DNA of 43,869 bases from an uncultured bacterium (GCA_937870675.1 CALMZN010000018.1:1-43869), one strand, 5' to 3'. Positions 27,211 through 39,331 are shown, numbered from the stretch's first letter. Numbers and translations: made by a program. The notes: generated from the letters alone by a model not told the origin.

Positions 27211-29442
27211 CTAATAATTTTTATGATCTTGGCTGGCCAAATAATCTTCTCCGCCATCCTCTTTTTCGTCTTCGCCCATTTCATCATCAGCCACCACTTC
27301 TTCATCCAAGGCCGATGAAAAATTTTCTTCCAAATCATCCTGTTTGATTAATACGTCCCTGGCCTTGGAGCCATCAGCTGGACCGACTACTCCCATTTCT
27401 TCCAAAATATCCAGCAACCTAGCGGCTCGCGCATAGCCGACTCTCAAGCGTCGCTGTAATAGCGTGGCTGAGGCCTTACCGGCTCTAATTACTATTTCCT
27501 TGGCTTCTTGAGAAAGAGTATCTTCTTGGTTGTTATATCCTCCACCAACAATAGTTGCTCCGCCTTGATGTTCGGTGACTTTGGGGTTGTATTGTGGCTC
27601 GCCTTGTTCTTTCAAGAAAGCCACTACGTCAGAAATCTCCTCATCAGTGACATAAGCGCCTTGGATGCGTTTTAATTTTGATGAATCTGCGGTCATAAAC
27701 AACATGTCTCCCTTGCCAAGTAATTTATCAGCGCCCGAAGAGTCCAAAATAGTTCGTGAATCCATGGCCGAGGCCACTGCAAAAGCAATACGCGAGGTAA
27801 TATTGGCCTTGATCAAACCAGTAATAACGTCAACCGAAGGACGTTGGGTAGCCAAAATCAAATGAATGCCAGCGGCTCGACCCAATTGAGCTAAGCTTAC
27901 TACCGCTGCCTCTACTTCTTTGGAGGCCAGTGACATCAGGGCGGCAAATTCATCAACTATCACCACATAATACGGCAAACGATTAACAATCACCGCTTTA
28001 TTGTAAGAATCAATATTTTTTTTGTTGGCCGCTTGTAATAATTTATAACGCCCATGCATTTCATTGACCACAAAACGTAAAGCGTTGATAATTTTGTCAG
28101 TGTCAGTAATAACTGGCGACTCTAAATAAATAACATCATTATAAATTGAAAGCTCCACTCGCTTGGGGTCAATCAAGATAAAGCGCAAATCATCTGGCGA
28201 GTTTTGATACATCAAACTCAAAATAATACTATTAATACAAATGGACTTTCCTGAGCCAGTGGAACCAGCTATCAAAAGATGGGGCATGCTGGCTAGGTTG
28301 GCCATTATGGCTGTACCCGAAACATCTTTACCCAAGACAATGCTTAAATTACTCTTGCGTCTAGTGTAAGCTGGACTCTCCAAAACATCTCTAACTTTGA
28401 CTACCGAAATGCTCTGGTTTGGCACTTCTATACCCACCAAAGATTTCCCAGGAATAGGCGCCTCCATTCTGATGGGATGTGCGGCTAGGGCCAGAGCCAG
28501 ATCATTTTGCAAGGTCAAAACTTGTGCCAAACGCACGCCTTCGGCTGGACGTAAAGTATATTGAGTGACCGTTGGGCCAACATTGACTTCACCCATGGTG
28601 ACTTCAATACCAAAATTTTCAAATGTTTTTTTTATTTTTTGAGTATTAGCATCGATATCTCCAGAATCTGGCTTGGTATTTGATCTGGTCAGTAAATCCA
28701 TTGGTATGACAATCTTTTTCCTGGGCCTGCGACTAGGTTCGCTTGCTTCCAAACTGGTCAAGCCACTTTTGTCGGTTTCAATTATTTCTTCCGGTTCAAG
28801 GGGTGCTTCTTTTTCTGTGTTTAATATTTCCTCGGGCACAAATTCTTCTTCGTCTTCCTCTTCTTGGGGGGTGGGGGGAATTATTTTTTCTTTCAACAAA
28901 CCAAAGGATCTGGCTCGCGCGCTAATATCTTTGAATGAGGTGTTGAAACTAATAAATAGACCAATAATCATCATGGCTACCAAAACTCCCAATGAGCCCC
29001 AAAAACCTAAAAAAGTAGAAAAAATATAGCCAGCCCCAAAACCCAAAGAACCACCGCCAATGCCAGTTTTGCTAATTTCAGAAAAAGTATAATCTTGCAC
29101 TAAAAAATTAAGCAAACCCGTGATAGCCAATATCAATAAGAATAAACCCAAATAAACCACAAATTTCAAGCGATGTCTTTGGCTACGCAAAAGAAAATAA
29201 CCAACCAACAATAGGATAATAATAAACAGCCAATCAGCCCAACCAAATAAGAAGCCCAAACCATAGTTTAGGCCCCGACCAAATGGTCCGGCTAAGTTGA
29301 AAAATGACATGATAGACAAAAAAGCCATTAAAAATACCACGATGGTAATTATGGCGCCCTTGGTATCTGGCGACATATTAAAACCCACGGCCAAATCTTG
29401 ATCAAATTTTTCTCCCTGCTTTCGTTTGTTTTTTCTAGACAT
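27211..29442 (-). CDS. ftsK: DNA translocase FtsK/SpoIIIE
   Basis: N-terminal TMs, PHLLIAGSTGSGKS, IDPKRVEL, RAAGIHLILATQRPS, gamma domain LQRRLRVGYARAAR. Confidence 0.96.
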   Translation of the reverse strand: MSRKNKRKQGEKFDQDLAVGFNMSPDTKGAIITIVVFLMAFLSIMSFFNLAGPFGRGLNYGLGFLFGWADWLFIIILLLVGYFLLRSQRHRLKFVVYLGLFLLILAITGLLNFLVQDYTFSEISKTGIGGGSLGFGAGYIFSTFLGFWGSLGVLVAMMIIGLFISFNTSFKDISARARSFGLLKEKIIPPTPQEEEDEEEFVPEEILNTEKEAPLEPEEIIETDKSGLTSLEASEPSRRPRKKIVIPMDLLTRSNTKPDSGDIDANTQKIKKTFENFGIEVTMGEVNVGPTVTQYTLRPAEGVRLAQVLTLQNDLALALAAHPIRMEAPIPGKSLVGIEVPNQSISVVKVRDVLESPAYTRRKSNLSIVLGKDVSGTAIMANLASMPHLLIAGSTGSGKSICINSIILSLMYQNSPDDLRFILIDPKRVELSIYNDVIYLESPVITDTDKIINALRFVVNEMHGRYKLLQAANKKNIDSYNKAVIVNRLPYYVVIVDEFAALMSLASKEVEAAVVSLAQLGRAAGIHLILATQRPSVDVITGLIKANITSRIAFAVASAMDSRTILDSSGADKLLGKGDMLFMTADSSKLKRIQGAYVTDEEISDVVAFLKEQGEPQYNPKVTEHQGGATIVGGGYNNQEDTLSQEAKEIVIRAGKASATLLQRRLRVGYARAARLLDILEEMGVVGPADGSKARDVLIKQDDLEENFSSALDEEVVADDEMGEDEKEDGGEDYLASQDHKNY

Positions 29443-29521
29443 AATAAAAAGCTTATTATACAGCTATCTTATCGATATATTTTATCACAATCTAGCATAA
29501 AAATAAAATCCACCTTCCACC

Positions 29522-29551
29522 AAAAAAGCCCCCAATATTGGGGGCTTTTTT
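29522..29551. terminator. rpoC terminator (perfect 30-bp palindrome)
   Basis: aaaaaagcccccaat|attgggggctttttt adjoining the rpoC stop. Confidence 0.85.
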
Positions 29552-32500
29552 TATTTGGTTGTTTTGTCTATGAATCCTGTGCCAGCTGGTATTTTGCGAC
29601 CAATAATCACATTCTCCTTCAATCCCCTGAGGTGATCAACACGGCCAGAAATAGCGGCGTCAATTAAGACCCTAGCTGTTTCTTGGAAAGAAGCCGCTGA
29701 CAAAAATGAATCTGAGGTCAGAGCCGCCTTTGTAATACCCATCAACAAAACCTCTCCTTTGGCCATTTGACCCCTGGTCTTGTGGTTGGCCTCGCTAAAC
29801 TGAGTGCTAGTAATAATCTCTCCTGGCAATAGGTCGGTGTCACCAATGTCCTTGATAAAAATTCTAGAAAACATTTGTTTGACAATGAGCTCTACGTGCT
29901 TATCATTTAGGTTTTGACCCTGTAGAGAATAAATACTTTTAATCTCTTTGATAATATATTTTTGTACGGCTAGCTGTCCTTTGATCTGATACAGTTCGTG
30001 CAAATCAACGCTACCTTCAGTCATTGACTGCCCCTCAACTACTATGTCTTTATTTTTTATATAAAGTTTGTAGCCGGCTGGTATAATAACATCGATCACT
30101 TCGTTTTTGTGACTTATGATTTGTAATTGATCGTCGGTCAACTTGGCAATGCCGGCAAAAGTAGCTCTTATCTCCTGTTCTTCGTTGATAATCAACAGTT
30201 GTTCTTTGGCCACCTCTTCTCCGTCTTTGACTTTGAGCTCGGTGGATTTGTCTAAATCATATTTAGCAATACGCGCGCCCTGTGGTTCTATTTTGATAAC
30301 TTGATTATCCTTGCTAATCAATTTATTTGTTTCGGTGATCAAGACCACACCATTGACTGGAGCAATGATGGCCGGCTTCTTTGGTAGACGCGCTTCAAAC
30401 AGCTCTTCAACTCGGGGCAGACCTTGGGTAATGTCACCCTCGGACACACCGCCCGTGTGGAAGGTGCGCATAGTCAGCTGAGTACCGGGCTCACCAATGC
30501 TTTGAGCGGCTACTATACCAACAGCCGTGCCTTTTTCCACCAAACGATTATAGCCCAAATCATAACCATAACACTTTTGACACACGCCACGTATGGCCTT
30601 GCAGGTCAAAACAGAACGAATACGGATGGATTCTAGGTCGGCTTTAGCAATGTGGTCGGCTAATTCTTTGGTAACTAGCGTTCCTTTTTTAATTAAAACT
30701 TTTTTACTGTTTGGGTCTTTGATGTCATTTATCAAAACGCGGCCAATGATACGCTCATACAAGGGCTCATTAAAATTGGCGCTTTCTTCTTTGTCAATAA
30801 GCAGACCCTCTTTGTCTCCACAATCTTCTTCCAAAACCACCACATCTTGAGAAACGTCAACTAAGCGTCTAGTCAAATAACCGGCGCTGGCTGTACGTAA
30901 GGCCGTATCAGACAATCCTTTTCTAGTGCCATGAGTAGAAATAAAATACTCCAAAACATCCAAGCCCTCACGAAAACTGGCCTTGATGGGCAACTCAATA
31001 ACCTCACCAGCTGGATTGATAACCGTGCCTTTCAAACCCATGATTTGCAATACCTGTGACCAAGTACCGCGAGCACCAGAATTGATAATTGAAGCAATGG
31101 AATTTTCTTGATTAAACACTAGTTTACACTGTTCGCTAATACGATTTTTAATCTCATTCCAAACTTCAATTACTTTTATGTAGCGCTCGTGATTGGTCAG
31201 CAAACCATTGTTGTATTGTTCTTTTATTTCTTCTACCTGTTTTTCCGCCTCCTTGATCAGGGCGGCCTTGGCCTCCACTAGTGGTATGTCGTCCATGCCC
31301 CAAGACATACCCGAATCAGTGATATAGCGGAAGGCCAAATCTTTAATGTCGTCTAATAAATGAACTGTTCGGTCATGTGGCAAAATACGAAAGGCCTCGG
31401 CCACAATGTTTTTCATAGCTTTTTTATCTACAGCATGATTCACAAAAGAAATTTCTTTTGGCAAAATTTTATTAAATAAAATGCGCCCAATTGAGGTTTC
31501 TAAAATTTGATTGTTTACTTTCCCAACTCTGACCTTAATCAGATCCTGCAATTTTATCAGGCCCATAGTAAACACTTTTTCGGCCTCATCCTCGTCAGTA
31601 AAGACCTTAACCACTTTAGCGTCTTTGCGGATGTAGGTCATGTAATAACCACCCCAAACCATGTCTTGGGTCGGCATGGTCACTGGTTCACCGGTGGCTG
31701 GTTTTAATAGATTGTTGGATGATAACATCAAGCTTGAGGCCTCAAGTTTAGCTTCTTCGGTCAGGGGAACGTGTACGGCCATTTGGTCGCCATCAAAATC
31801 AGCATTGAAGGCTGTGCAGACAAGCGGGTGCAACTGTATGGCCTTGCCTTCTATCAATATTGGTCGAAAGGCCTGGATACCCAAACGATGCAAAGTTGGA
31901 GCGCGATTAAGCATAACGTGAGCATCCTTAATGATGTCTTCCAAGATGGCCCAAACCTCGGGATGGCCGGCCTCAATATATTTATTGGCACTGCGCACAT
32001 TGTGCACTAATTCGGCTTTGATTAATTTGGAAATTACAAATGGTCTGAATAATTCTAGAGCCATTGTTTTTGGCAAACCACACTGGTTTAATTTTAAGTG
32101 AGGGCCAACAACAATAACTGAACGACCAGAGTAGTCAACCCTTTTCCCCAACAAATTCTGCCTGAAGCGACCCTGTTTGCCCTTCAACATATCGGCAATG
32201 CTCTTGAGCATTCTTTTTTGCCCGGTTGAAGCTGTCACTGTTTTGCCGTGTCTGGCATTGTTGTCTATCAAGGCATCAACGGCCTCTTGCAACATTCTTT
32301 TTTCATTACGTTGTATAACTTCTGGAGCATTTAATTCTTTGAGGCGTTTCAAACGGTTATTGCGGTTGATCACCCGACGATATAAATCATTAAGGTCAGA
32401 GGAGGCAAAACGTCCACCATCTAGCTGAACCATGGGACGCAAATCCGGAGGTATAACTGGTATGGCTGACATAATCATCCACTCTGGCCTGATTTTGTTT

Positions 32501-33444
32501 ATGACCAAACTCTTAATCAAACGTGAGCGTCTAATGAGTTTTTTGGTCTTGGATGGCAGGGCTGTTTTGGTTTCTTCTTCTAGATCATTCAACAATTTTG
32601 TTAAACTAATTTTTTTAAGTAAATCAAAAATTGCTTCGGCACCAATGCCAGCTTCAAAAACGTGACCATAGCGCAAAGAAAGTTCTTGATATTTATTTTC
32701 CGAAACAATTTGTAGCTCGTGCAAATCCTTAAGCTCCTTGATGGCGATTTCAGCGGCCTCTTCTAGGGTCTTAACTTTATCAATTTTGGCAACATTCAGA
32801 GCCAACAATTCTTGCTCGGTTTTTTTGTCTACTTTTTCTTTGGCCTCGCCATCGGCCAACATTTTTACTTTACTCTTGTTTATTTCCTGAGAACGTTGAT
32901 TGAACTCATTGTCAATTTGTTTGCGCTTACTTTTTAATTCGGTTTTTATTTGCTCTAGGGTTTCTTGACGAGCTGGTTCATCAATTTTGATCACAATAAA
33001 AGAAGCAAAATAAATTACTTTTTCCAACGACTGAATACTCAGGTCAAGCACCAAACCAATCTTTGAAGGAATACCCCGCAAAAACCAAATGTGAGATACT
33101 GGAGCAGCCAGGTCAATGTGACCCATGCGCTCGCGACGAACTACGGCTCTGGTGACTTCGACTCCGCATTTGTCGCAAATAATGCCCTTGTATCTGATGC
33201 GTTTATATTTCCCGCAATAACACTCCCAGTCCTTGGTTGGTCCAAATATTTTTTCGCAAAACAACCCGTCTTTTTCCGGCTTTTGAGTGCGATAATTCAG
33301 CGTCTCTGGCTTCAGGACTTCGCCGTGTGACCAGCCATGAATGTCTTCTGGTGAGGCCAGACGTAATTTTATGGCATCAAATTCCAAAACCGTATTTTTG
33401 TCATTACCGACAAAGGTTGTTTTGGTTGACGATGGAGTTGGCAT
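29551..33444 (-). CDS. rpoC: RNA polymerase beta' subunit
   Basis: Zn-finger [31 protein letters not shown]. Confidence 0.99.
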   Translation of the reverse strand: MPTPSSTKTTFVGNDKNTVLEFDAIKLRLASPEDIHGWSHGEVLKPETLNYRTQKPEKDGLFCEKIFGPTKDWECYCGKYKRIRYKGIICDKCGVEVTRAVVRRERMGHIDLAAPVSHIWFLRGIPSKIGLVLDLSIQSLEKVIYFASFIVIKIDEPARQETLEQIKTELKSKRKQIDNEFNQRSQEINKSKVKMLADGEAKEKVDKKTEQELLALNVAKIDKVKTLEEAAEIAIKELKDLHELQIVSENKYQELSLRYGHVFEAGIGAEAIFDLLKKISLTKLLNDLEEETKTALPSKTKKLIRRSRLIKSLVINKIRPEWMIMSAIPVIPPDLRPMVQLDGGRFASSDLNDLYRRVINRNNRLKRLKELNAPEVIQRNEKRMLQEAVDALIDNNARHGKTVTASTGQKRMLKSIADMLKGKQGRFRQNLLGKRVDYSGRSVIVVGPHLKLNQCGLPKTMALELFRPFVISKLIKAELVHNVRSANKYIEAGHPEVWAILEDIIKDAHVMLNRAPTLHRLGIQAFRPILIEGKAIQLHPLVCTAFNADFDGDQMAVHVPLTEEAKLEASSLMLSSNNLLKPATGEPVTMPTQDMVWGGYYMTYIRKDAKVVKVFTDEDEAEKVFTMGLIKLQDLIKVRVGKVNNQILETSIGRILFNKILPKEISFVNHAVDKKAMKNIVAEAFRILPHDRTVHLLDDIKDLAFRYITDSGMSWGMDDIPLVEAKAALIKEAEKQVEEIKEQYNNGLLTNHERYIKVIEVWNEIKNRISEQCKLVFNQENSIASIINSGARGTWSQVLQIMGLKGTVINPAGEVIELPIKASFREGLDVLEYFISTHGTRKGLSDTALRTASAGYLTRRLVDVSQDVVVLEEDCGDKEGLLIDKEESANFNEPLYERIIGRVLINDIKDPNSKKVLIKKGTLVTKELADHIAKADLESIRIRSVLTCKAIRGVCQKCYGYDLGYNRLVEKGTAVGIVAAQSIGEPGTQLTMRTFHTGGVSEGDITQGLPRVEELFEARLPKKPAIIAPVNGVVLITETNKLISKDNQVIKIEPQGARIAKYDLDKSTELKVKDGEEVAKEQLLIINEEQEIRATFAGIAKLTDDQLQIISHKNEVIDVIIPAGYKLYIKNKDIVVEGQSMTEGSVDLHELYQIKGQLAVQKYIIKEIKSIYSLQGQNLNDKHVELIVKQMFSRIFIKDIGDTDLLPGEIITSTQFSEANHKTRGQMAKGEVLLMGITKAALTSDSFLSAASFQETARVLIDAAISGRVDHLRGLKENVIIGRKIPAGTGFIDKTTK

Positions 33445-33465
33445 ATATTTTATTGGCTAATTTAT

Positions 33466-36400
33466 TTATTCTTCTCTCTCGGCTATATCGCCAGCTGGAG
33501 CATCCATAATTATTGGGGCTTGCTCATCCAAAATTTCTCTGGTCTCGTAATCCACTTCCTCAATCTTTCTTTCTCGCTGACCAATCAATTCAACCTCCAA
33601 ACCTAGGCCCTTTAATTCTCTGACCAAGACATTGAATGACTCTGGTATGTTCAAACGAGTGATTGGTTCACCTTTAATAATTGATTCGTAGGCCTTGGAG
33701 CGACCAGGCACATCATCGGATTTGATGGTAATCATTTCTTGCAAAGTATTGGCAGCGCCATAGGCCTCCAGAGCCCAAACTTCCATTTCACCAAAACGCT
33801 GTCCGCCAAATTGAGCCTTACCGCCCAAAGGTTGCTGGGTGACTAAAGAGTATGGTCCAATTGATCTTTGGTGAATTTTGTCTTCTACCAAGTGGTTCAA
33901 CTTCATCATGTAGGCCACGCCAACCGTTGTTTGGTGTTCAAAAGCTCGGCCATTGCGACCATCATAAAGTTGTAATTTGCCACTGGCTGGCAAACCAGCG
34001 CGCTTCAATTCGGTACGGATTATTTCTTCGGGCACACTATTCAAAGACGGGCTAGCTACTTTGTAGCCCAGTGTTCTAGCTGCCAAGCCAAGGTGCGTTT
34101 CTAATAGTTGACCCAAGTTCATACGAGAAATAACACCCAGTGGGTTTAAAATAATATCTACTGGGGTGCCATCAGCCAAGAAAGGCATATCAGCATCAGC
34201 CACCACTCTAGAAATAACTCCTTTATTACCGTGGCGACCAGCCATTTTATCACCAACCTGAATCTTTCTAAGTTGAGCAATAGTAATTTGGATTGTCTTA
34301 ATCACGCCGGCTGGTAATTTGTCACCTTTATCCCTAGAAAATATTTTTATATCAATTACTTTTCCACGCTCCCCGTGTTTTATGTACAATGAAGTGTCGC
34401 GGACATCCTTGGCTTTTTCGCCAAAAATAGCGCGCAACAATTTTTCTTCAGCCGAAAGCTCGGTCTCACCTTTGGGCGTGATCTTGCCCACCAAAATATC
34501 ACCGGAAGAAACATTGGCGCCGATACGCACCACGCCTTCTCGATCTAGATCTTTTAATTTTTCTTCGCTGACATTGGGGATGTCTCTAGTGACCATTTCT
34601 GGTCCTAGCTTGGTGTCGCGCACATCAATAGAATAATCCTCAATGCTGATTGAGGTATAAAAATCTTCTTTGACCACTCGCTCCGAAATCAAAATAGCGT
34701 CTTCATAATTTCCACCATCCCAAGTCATGTAGGCCACCAAAACATTGCGACCCAGAGCCAGCTCGCCCTGGTCAGTAGCGGCGCCATCAGCAATGGCTTG
34801 ACCTTTTTTCACGTGCTCGGCCTTGTTGACTATAGGATGTTGGTTCATGCTGGTCGAGGTATTGGAACGAGCAAACTTATTTAAATGATAAATGGTGGCC
34901 ACACCATCTTTGTTGGTCACTTCAATGTGGCGTCCATCAACCATGGTAATCTCACCCTCCTCTTTGCTAACCACTACTTGTCCTGAATCAATGGCCGCCT
35001 TGGCCTCAACACCGGTGCCCACAATTGGCGCTTCGGGCTTGATCAGAGAAACCGATTGGCGCTGCATATTGGTGCCCATCAAAGCGCGAGTAGCATCGTC
35101 ATTCTCTAAAAAAGGAATCAAGGCCGTGGCAATACTAATAATCTGATGCGGTGCCACATCCATTAAATCTATTTTATCAACTGTGTCAAAAGTCGGGTTG
35201 CCTTTTATTCTGATCTCAGCAAAACCATTTTCAAAATAACCATGTTCATCAGTGGCCGCGGTCGAAGCGCAAGTGTTGTATTTTTCTTCTTCAAAGGCGT
35301 CCAAATAAACAATTTCTTTGGTGACTAGTGGCTTAATCGGCACCACTTCTATTTCTTTTATCTTGGCTAATTCCTTGGCGCGGCTTGCACTAATAACCTC
35401 GTTGGCGCTTATTAAAACTTTTTTGCTTTTTGGGTCTTTAATATCTACTCTAGCAATCTTGCCTTCGGTGATTTTTGGATCATTTTCAATATCGTGCAAA
35501 ACTTTTCTAAATGGTGTTTCAATAAAACCAAAATCATTGACCCTAGCATAAGAGGCCAAGTGCCCGACCAAACCAATGTTTGGCCCTTCGGGTGTGGCAA
35601 TTGGACAAATGCGACCATAGTGGGTGCGGTGCACATCACGAACCTCAAAGCCCGCTCTTTCGCGAGAAAGACCGCCTGGCCCCATAGCAGAAAGTCGGCG
35701 CTTGTGTTCTAGCTCGGCCAAAGGATTGACCTGATCCATGAATTGTGAAAGTTGGGAGCTCATAAAAAACTCCTTAATAACACCAATAACCGGCCGGGCA
35801 TTAATCAATTGACTGGGCGTCAAATTATTGATGTCTAAGGTGCTCATGCGATCTTTGACAATGCGCTCCATGCGAGCCAAACCAATTCTAAATCTATTTT
35901 GCACCAACTCACCAACTGCTCTGACGCGTCGATTACCCAAGTGATCAATGTCATCGGCCTCGTCTTGAGTCAGGTTCAATCTAATAATTTCTTTAATAAC
36001 CAAAACCAAGTCCTCCACGCGCAATACTCTGGTTTCTTTGTTGTTGGGAATATCCAAACTAAAACGCGCGTTTATCTTGTAGCGACCCACCCGTCCAAAA
36101 TCATAACGATCAAAATTAAAAAATATAGAGCGGATCAAACTGCGCGCGTTGTCAACCGTGGCTAGATCGCCTGGTCTGATGCGACGATATACCTCTCGCA
36201 AACCATCAGCTTCATTGTGCGCAATATCTTTGGCAATAGTTGCTTTGATAAATTTCACTTCAGGGTGAGTATCAACATCAGAAAATAATTTTAATATTTC
36301 CTCGTCGCTAGAAACACCGAAAGCTCGCAATAGTGAAGTGACTGGCACTTTGCGCTTGCGATCTATTTTTACATAAATTACATTGCTGGCATCAGTTTCT

Positions 36401-36903
36401 ATTTCTAACCAAGCTCCGCGGTTGGGGATAATTTTGGCGCCATAGTAACGACGACCACGGTGTATTTCTGAAGAAAAGAAAACTCCGGCACTACGAATCA
36501 ATTGAGACACCACCACTCTTTCCACACCATTGACTATGAAGGTGCCTCGATCAGTCATCAAGGGGAAGTCCCCTAAATAAATTTCCTGCTCCTTGACCTC
36601 GTTGGTGCGTTTGTTTGACAAACGGACATTGACTCTCAGTGGCGCCTCAAAAGTAAGATTTTTACTTTTAGCAGTCACCTCATCAAACTTCGGCTCATCC
36701 AAATAATATTCTAAAAAGAATAATTCTAAATCTCGGCCAATAAAATCTTTAATGGGTGAAATCTCATCAAATAATTCCTTTAAGCCATCTTGAAAAAACC
36801 AATGGTATGATTTTTTTTGGATTTCTATCAAATCGGGCAAGGGAATGGCCTCACGTAAAGGTGTAAAATATTTACGAGAGGTCGCAAGCTTAGTTTGAGA
36901 CAT
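33466..36903 (-). CDS. rpoB: RNA polymerase beta subunit
   Basis: SQLSQFMDQ, TPEGPNIGL, GDKMAGRHGNKG, GGQRFGEMEVW. Confidence 0.99.
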   Translation of the reverse strand: MSQTKLATSRKYFTPLREAIPLPDLIEIQKKSYHWFFQDGLKELFDEISPIKDFIGRDLELFFLEYYLDEPKFDEVTAKSKNLTFEAPLRVNVRLSNKRTNEVKEQEIYLGDFPLMTDRGTFIVNGVERVVVSQLIRSAGVFFSSEIHRGRRYYGAKIIPNRGAWLEIETDASNVIYVKIDRKRKVPVTSLLRAFGVSSDEEILKLFSDVDTHPEVKFIKATIAKDIAHNEADGLREVYRRIRPGDLATVDNARSLIRSIFFNFDRYDFGRVGRYKINARFSLDIPNNKETRVLRVEDLVLVIKEIIRLNLTQDEADDIDHLGNRRVRAVGELVQNRFRIGLARMERIVKDRMSTLDINNLTPSQLINARPVIGVIKEFFMSSQLSQFMDQVNPLAELEHKRRLSAMGPGGLSRERAGFEVRDVHRTHYGRICPIATPEGPNIGLVGHLASYARVNDFGFIETPFRKVLHDIENDPKITEGKIARVDIKDPKSKKVLISANEVISASRAKELAKIKEIEVVPIKPLVTKEIVYLDAFEEEKYNTCASTAATDEHGYFENGFAEIRIKGNPTFDTVDKIDLMDVAPHQIISIATALIPFLENDDATRALMGTNMQRQSVSLIKPEAPIVGTGVEAKAAIDSGQVVVSKEEGEITMVDGRHIEVTNKDGVATIYHLNKFARSNTSTSMNQHPIVNKAEHVKKGQAIADGAATDQGELALGRNVLVAYMTWDGGNYEDAILISERVVKEDFYTSISIEDYSIDVRDTKLGPEMVTRDIPNVSEEKLKDLDREGVVRIGANVSSGDILVGKITPKGETELSAEEKLLRAIFGEKAKDVRDTSLYIKHGERGKVIDIKIFSRDKGDKLPAGVIKTIQITIAQLRKIQVGDKMAGRHGNKGVISRVVADADMPFLADGTPVDIILNPLGVISRMNLGQLLETHLGLAARTLGYKVASPSLNSVPEEIIRTELKRAGLPASGKLQLYDGRNGRAFEHQTTVGVAYMMKLNHLVEDKIHQRSIGPYSLVTQQPLGGKAQFGGQRFGEMEVWALEAYGAANTLQEMITIKSDDVPGRSKAYESIIKGEPITRLNIPESFNVLVRELKGLGLEVELIGQRERKIEEVDYETREILDEQAPIIMDAPAGDIAEREE

Positions 36904-37054
36904 AAACCTTTATATTTAGTAATAAATATTTAGCTAAGCGTCACAAAATTGCTTATTTTGTAGCATAAAAAAAGAAACTCACCCATATATTTTGGGTCAG
37001 TCTTTGATTACAAATTGACTAATCTATATTAGTCGCGAAAAAATTCATGTCTGG

Positions 37055-37083
37055 ATGATAACAAAATTTAGGGTCCATGTCAA
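37055..37083 (-). promoter_or_regulatory. rpoBC promoter
   Basis: TTGACA, 17-bp spacer, TGt-TATCAT on the minus strand; a second TTGACA-18-TATAGT at 37151-37180. Confidence 0.7.
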
Positions 37084-37202
37084 GGATTTGACCCATTTTT
37101 TTTCTTTAAATATTTTTTTTATAAACAAATTGCTAATATTAGCCAAAAATACTATATATACAATTTTTTATGTTTGTCAAATTTTAACGAATTTTTGCTA
37201 AA

Positions 37203-37242
37203 ATATCCACAAAAACCACTCTTTGCACACACTTTATCCACA
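37203..37242 (+). promoter_or_regulatory. DnaA-box cluster
   Basis: Perfect TTATCCACA (37234-37242), ATATCCACA (37203-37211), TTGCACACA (37223-37231). Confidence 0.55.
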
Positions 37243-37305
37243 CTGTTAAACTGGTCGCTACACGACGTTTAACAGTGCGAGCACCACCACGCCTTATAAA
37301 AACCC

Positions 37306-38616
37306 TTATTTTGTTGACAAATTAAGGTTTTTCAACTCTTCTTTGACAACCATTCTATCGTCCCAAGGTATCTTTTTTTCATTGGCCACACAAATAAATT
37401 GTTCGGCGCCCTTACCGGTTATTAAGACAAAATCATTTTCCTTGGCCTCAGATAGCGCCCTTTTAATGGCTTTTCGGCGATCAAGATACTTTAATAATGT
37501 CTTATTAAGCTCTTTTCCGGCCTCCAGCGCTCCTTGGGCCACATTATCAATAATCATTTGCGGGTCATCGTCATAGGGATCTTCATTGGTTACTATCACT
37601 AGATCGGCCATTTTACCGGCCATTTTACCTAAAATCGGACGCCTAGCTTGATCACGACCACCGCCACACGAGCCCAAAACATGAATGAGTTTGTTTCTAC
37701 TTACTTCTTTGATGGCCTCATAAAGCTGTCCCAAGCTCTCTGGTTCTGGGGCATAGTCAACCATTATTTTAAAATTTTGTCCTAATTTGATCCATTCTTG
37801 GCGACCAGGTATGTTGCGCAAGCCACAAGAAACTGCTTGCTTGGTGTCTAACCCCAAAGCACTCAAACAAGTCAGAGCAGCCAAAATATTATAGGCGTTA
37901 AATTTGCCCAAATATTTGGCCCTGATTTCTTGGCTATTTAATTTAAATGAAACCATACCCTCTCCGGCTTGCAGGTTTGTCCCCTGGTAGTCGCCGCTAT
38001 TTTCAAACCCATAGGTTAGAAATTTATCGGGCTGATATTTTTTCAAGCGAAGTGTTTCTGAATCATCAATGTTGCTAATTATAATTTTTTTTATTTCCTG
38101 GCCATTGATGTTTTTCTTTGGCAAAGAATTCAGCCCAGCAAAAAGTTTTTCTTTGGCCGCTCGATAATTTTCAAAACTACCGTGCGCCTCAATGTGCTCG
38201 GGGCTTAAATTAGTAAAAATCAATACATCATAATTGATGCCAATGTGACGATACTGCTCAATGCCCTGCGAAGATGTTTCAATGATGGCATACTCGCAAC
38301 CGGCTTTTAGCATTTGTCTGAGTAGGGCTTGGGTTTGAAAACGACCGAGCATGGTCATCTTCTTTTTGTTAAGCCATTTTTTATCACCAACTTTAAAATT
38401 CACGGTTGAGGCCAGGCCGTTTTTCTTTTGTAAGCAATCTAGGTATTGGGAAATAATGTTTACGGTAGTAGTTTTGCCATTGGTGCCGGTCACGCCAATG
38501 ACAATCATTTTTTCACTGGGCGATCCATAGACAAAAGAAGCGGTTCGCGCCAAAAAATAATGATAGCGCGATAATATTTTTTTTCCGATTAATTTTTTTA
38601 TTATTTTTTTAATCAT
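37306..38616 (-). CDS. murE: UDP-MurNAc-tripeptide synthetase (MurE family)
   Basis: GVTGTNGKTT, ETSSQG, FTNLSPEHIEAH, GRQE, VDYA, TNEDP, GKGAE. Confidence 0.88.
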   Translation of the reverse strand: MIKKIIKKLIGKKILSRYHYFLARTASFVYGSPSEKMIVIGVTGTNGKTTTVNIISQYLDCLQKKNGLASTVNFKVGDKKWLNKKKMTMLGRFQTQALLRQMLKAGCEYAIIETSSQGIEQYRHIGINYDVLIFTNLSPEHIEAHGSFENYRAAKEKLFAGLNSLPKKNINGQEIKKIIISNIDDSETLRLKKYQPDKFLTYGFENSGDYQGTNLQAGEGMVSFKLNSQEIRAKYLGKFNAYNILAALTCLSALGLDTKQAVSCGLRNIPGRQEWIKLGQNFKIMVDYAPEPESLGQLYEAIKEVSRNKLIHVLGSCGGGRDQARRPILGKMAGKMADLVIVTNEDPYDDDPQMIIDNVAQGALEAGKELNKTLLKYLDRRKAIKRALSEAKENDFVLITGKGAEQFICVANEKKIPWDDRMVVKEELKNLNLSTK

Positions 38617-39331
38617 GCCCGTTCAAATAGTTTTCTACTTTTGGTATATCGGCTGGTTTCCCAAAATCCAACCAAATTCCTTTAACACTCATTACCTTAA
38701 CCTTGCCGTCTTTGGCCATCAGATTGACAACATCGGTCAGCTCATACTCGCCGCGCGGTGACAAACCAATTCTATCTAAATAACTAAACACCTCTGGACT
38801 GAATTTGTAAAGACCAGTATTAATAAGATTGCCAACTGGACTTTTTGGTTTTTCAACAATGTTTTTTAATAAACCATTTTCGTCTACTTGTAAGACGCCG
38901 TAGTTTTGTGGCTCAGGATGTGGAAAGCCAGCCACATAGGAAAAATCATCAACTGTGTTTAGGTTAGCTAGGTCTTCTACGGCATAAATATTATCACCAT
39001 TCACTGACAAGAAATTGTCGCCACTCATCAGCTGACGAATGCACTCTAGTGGACAGGCCGTGCCATAACGCTGGTCTCCCAAAATTTCAAACTGATTTAC
39101 TAGGGAGATATTGAATTCGTCTTGATGCTGGCTAAAAAATTTTTCCATAAATTCTTTTTTGTAGCCAACCACCATGGTTATGTCACTAAAACCAGCTTTT
39201 TTCAAATTACTTAGCAAATAATACAAAAAGGGCCTATTATTGACCTCGATTAAGTGTTTGGGCTTGTCTTTACCCAAATCAAGCATGCGAGTACCACGAC
39301 CGGCTGCGGAAATCAAAACCTTTTTGATCAT
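38609..39331 (-). CDS. Sugar-phosphate nucleotidyltransferase (NTP_transferase family)
   Basis: AAGRGTRM..PKHL, GTA, NGD, IVEKP, INTGLY, SPRGEYELTD. Confidence 0.85.
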   Translation of the reverse strand: MIKKVLISAAGRGTRMLDLGKDKPKHLIEVNNRPFLYYLLSNLKKAGFSDITMVVGYKKEFMEKFFSQHQDEFNISLVNQFEILGDQRYGTACPLECIRQLMSGDNFLSVNGDNIYAVEDLANLNTVDDFSYVAGFPHPEPQNYGVLQVDENGLLKNIVEKPKSPVGNLINTGLYKFSPEVFSYLDRIGLSPRGEYELTDVVNLMAKDGKVKVMSVKGIWLDFGKPADIPKVENYLNGHD

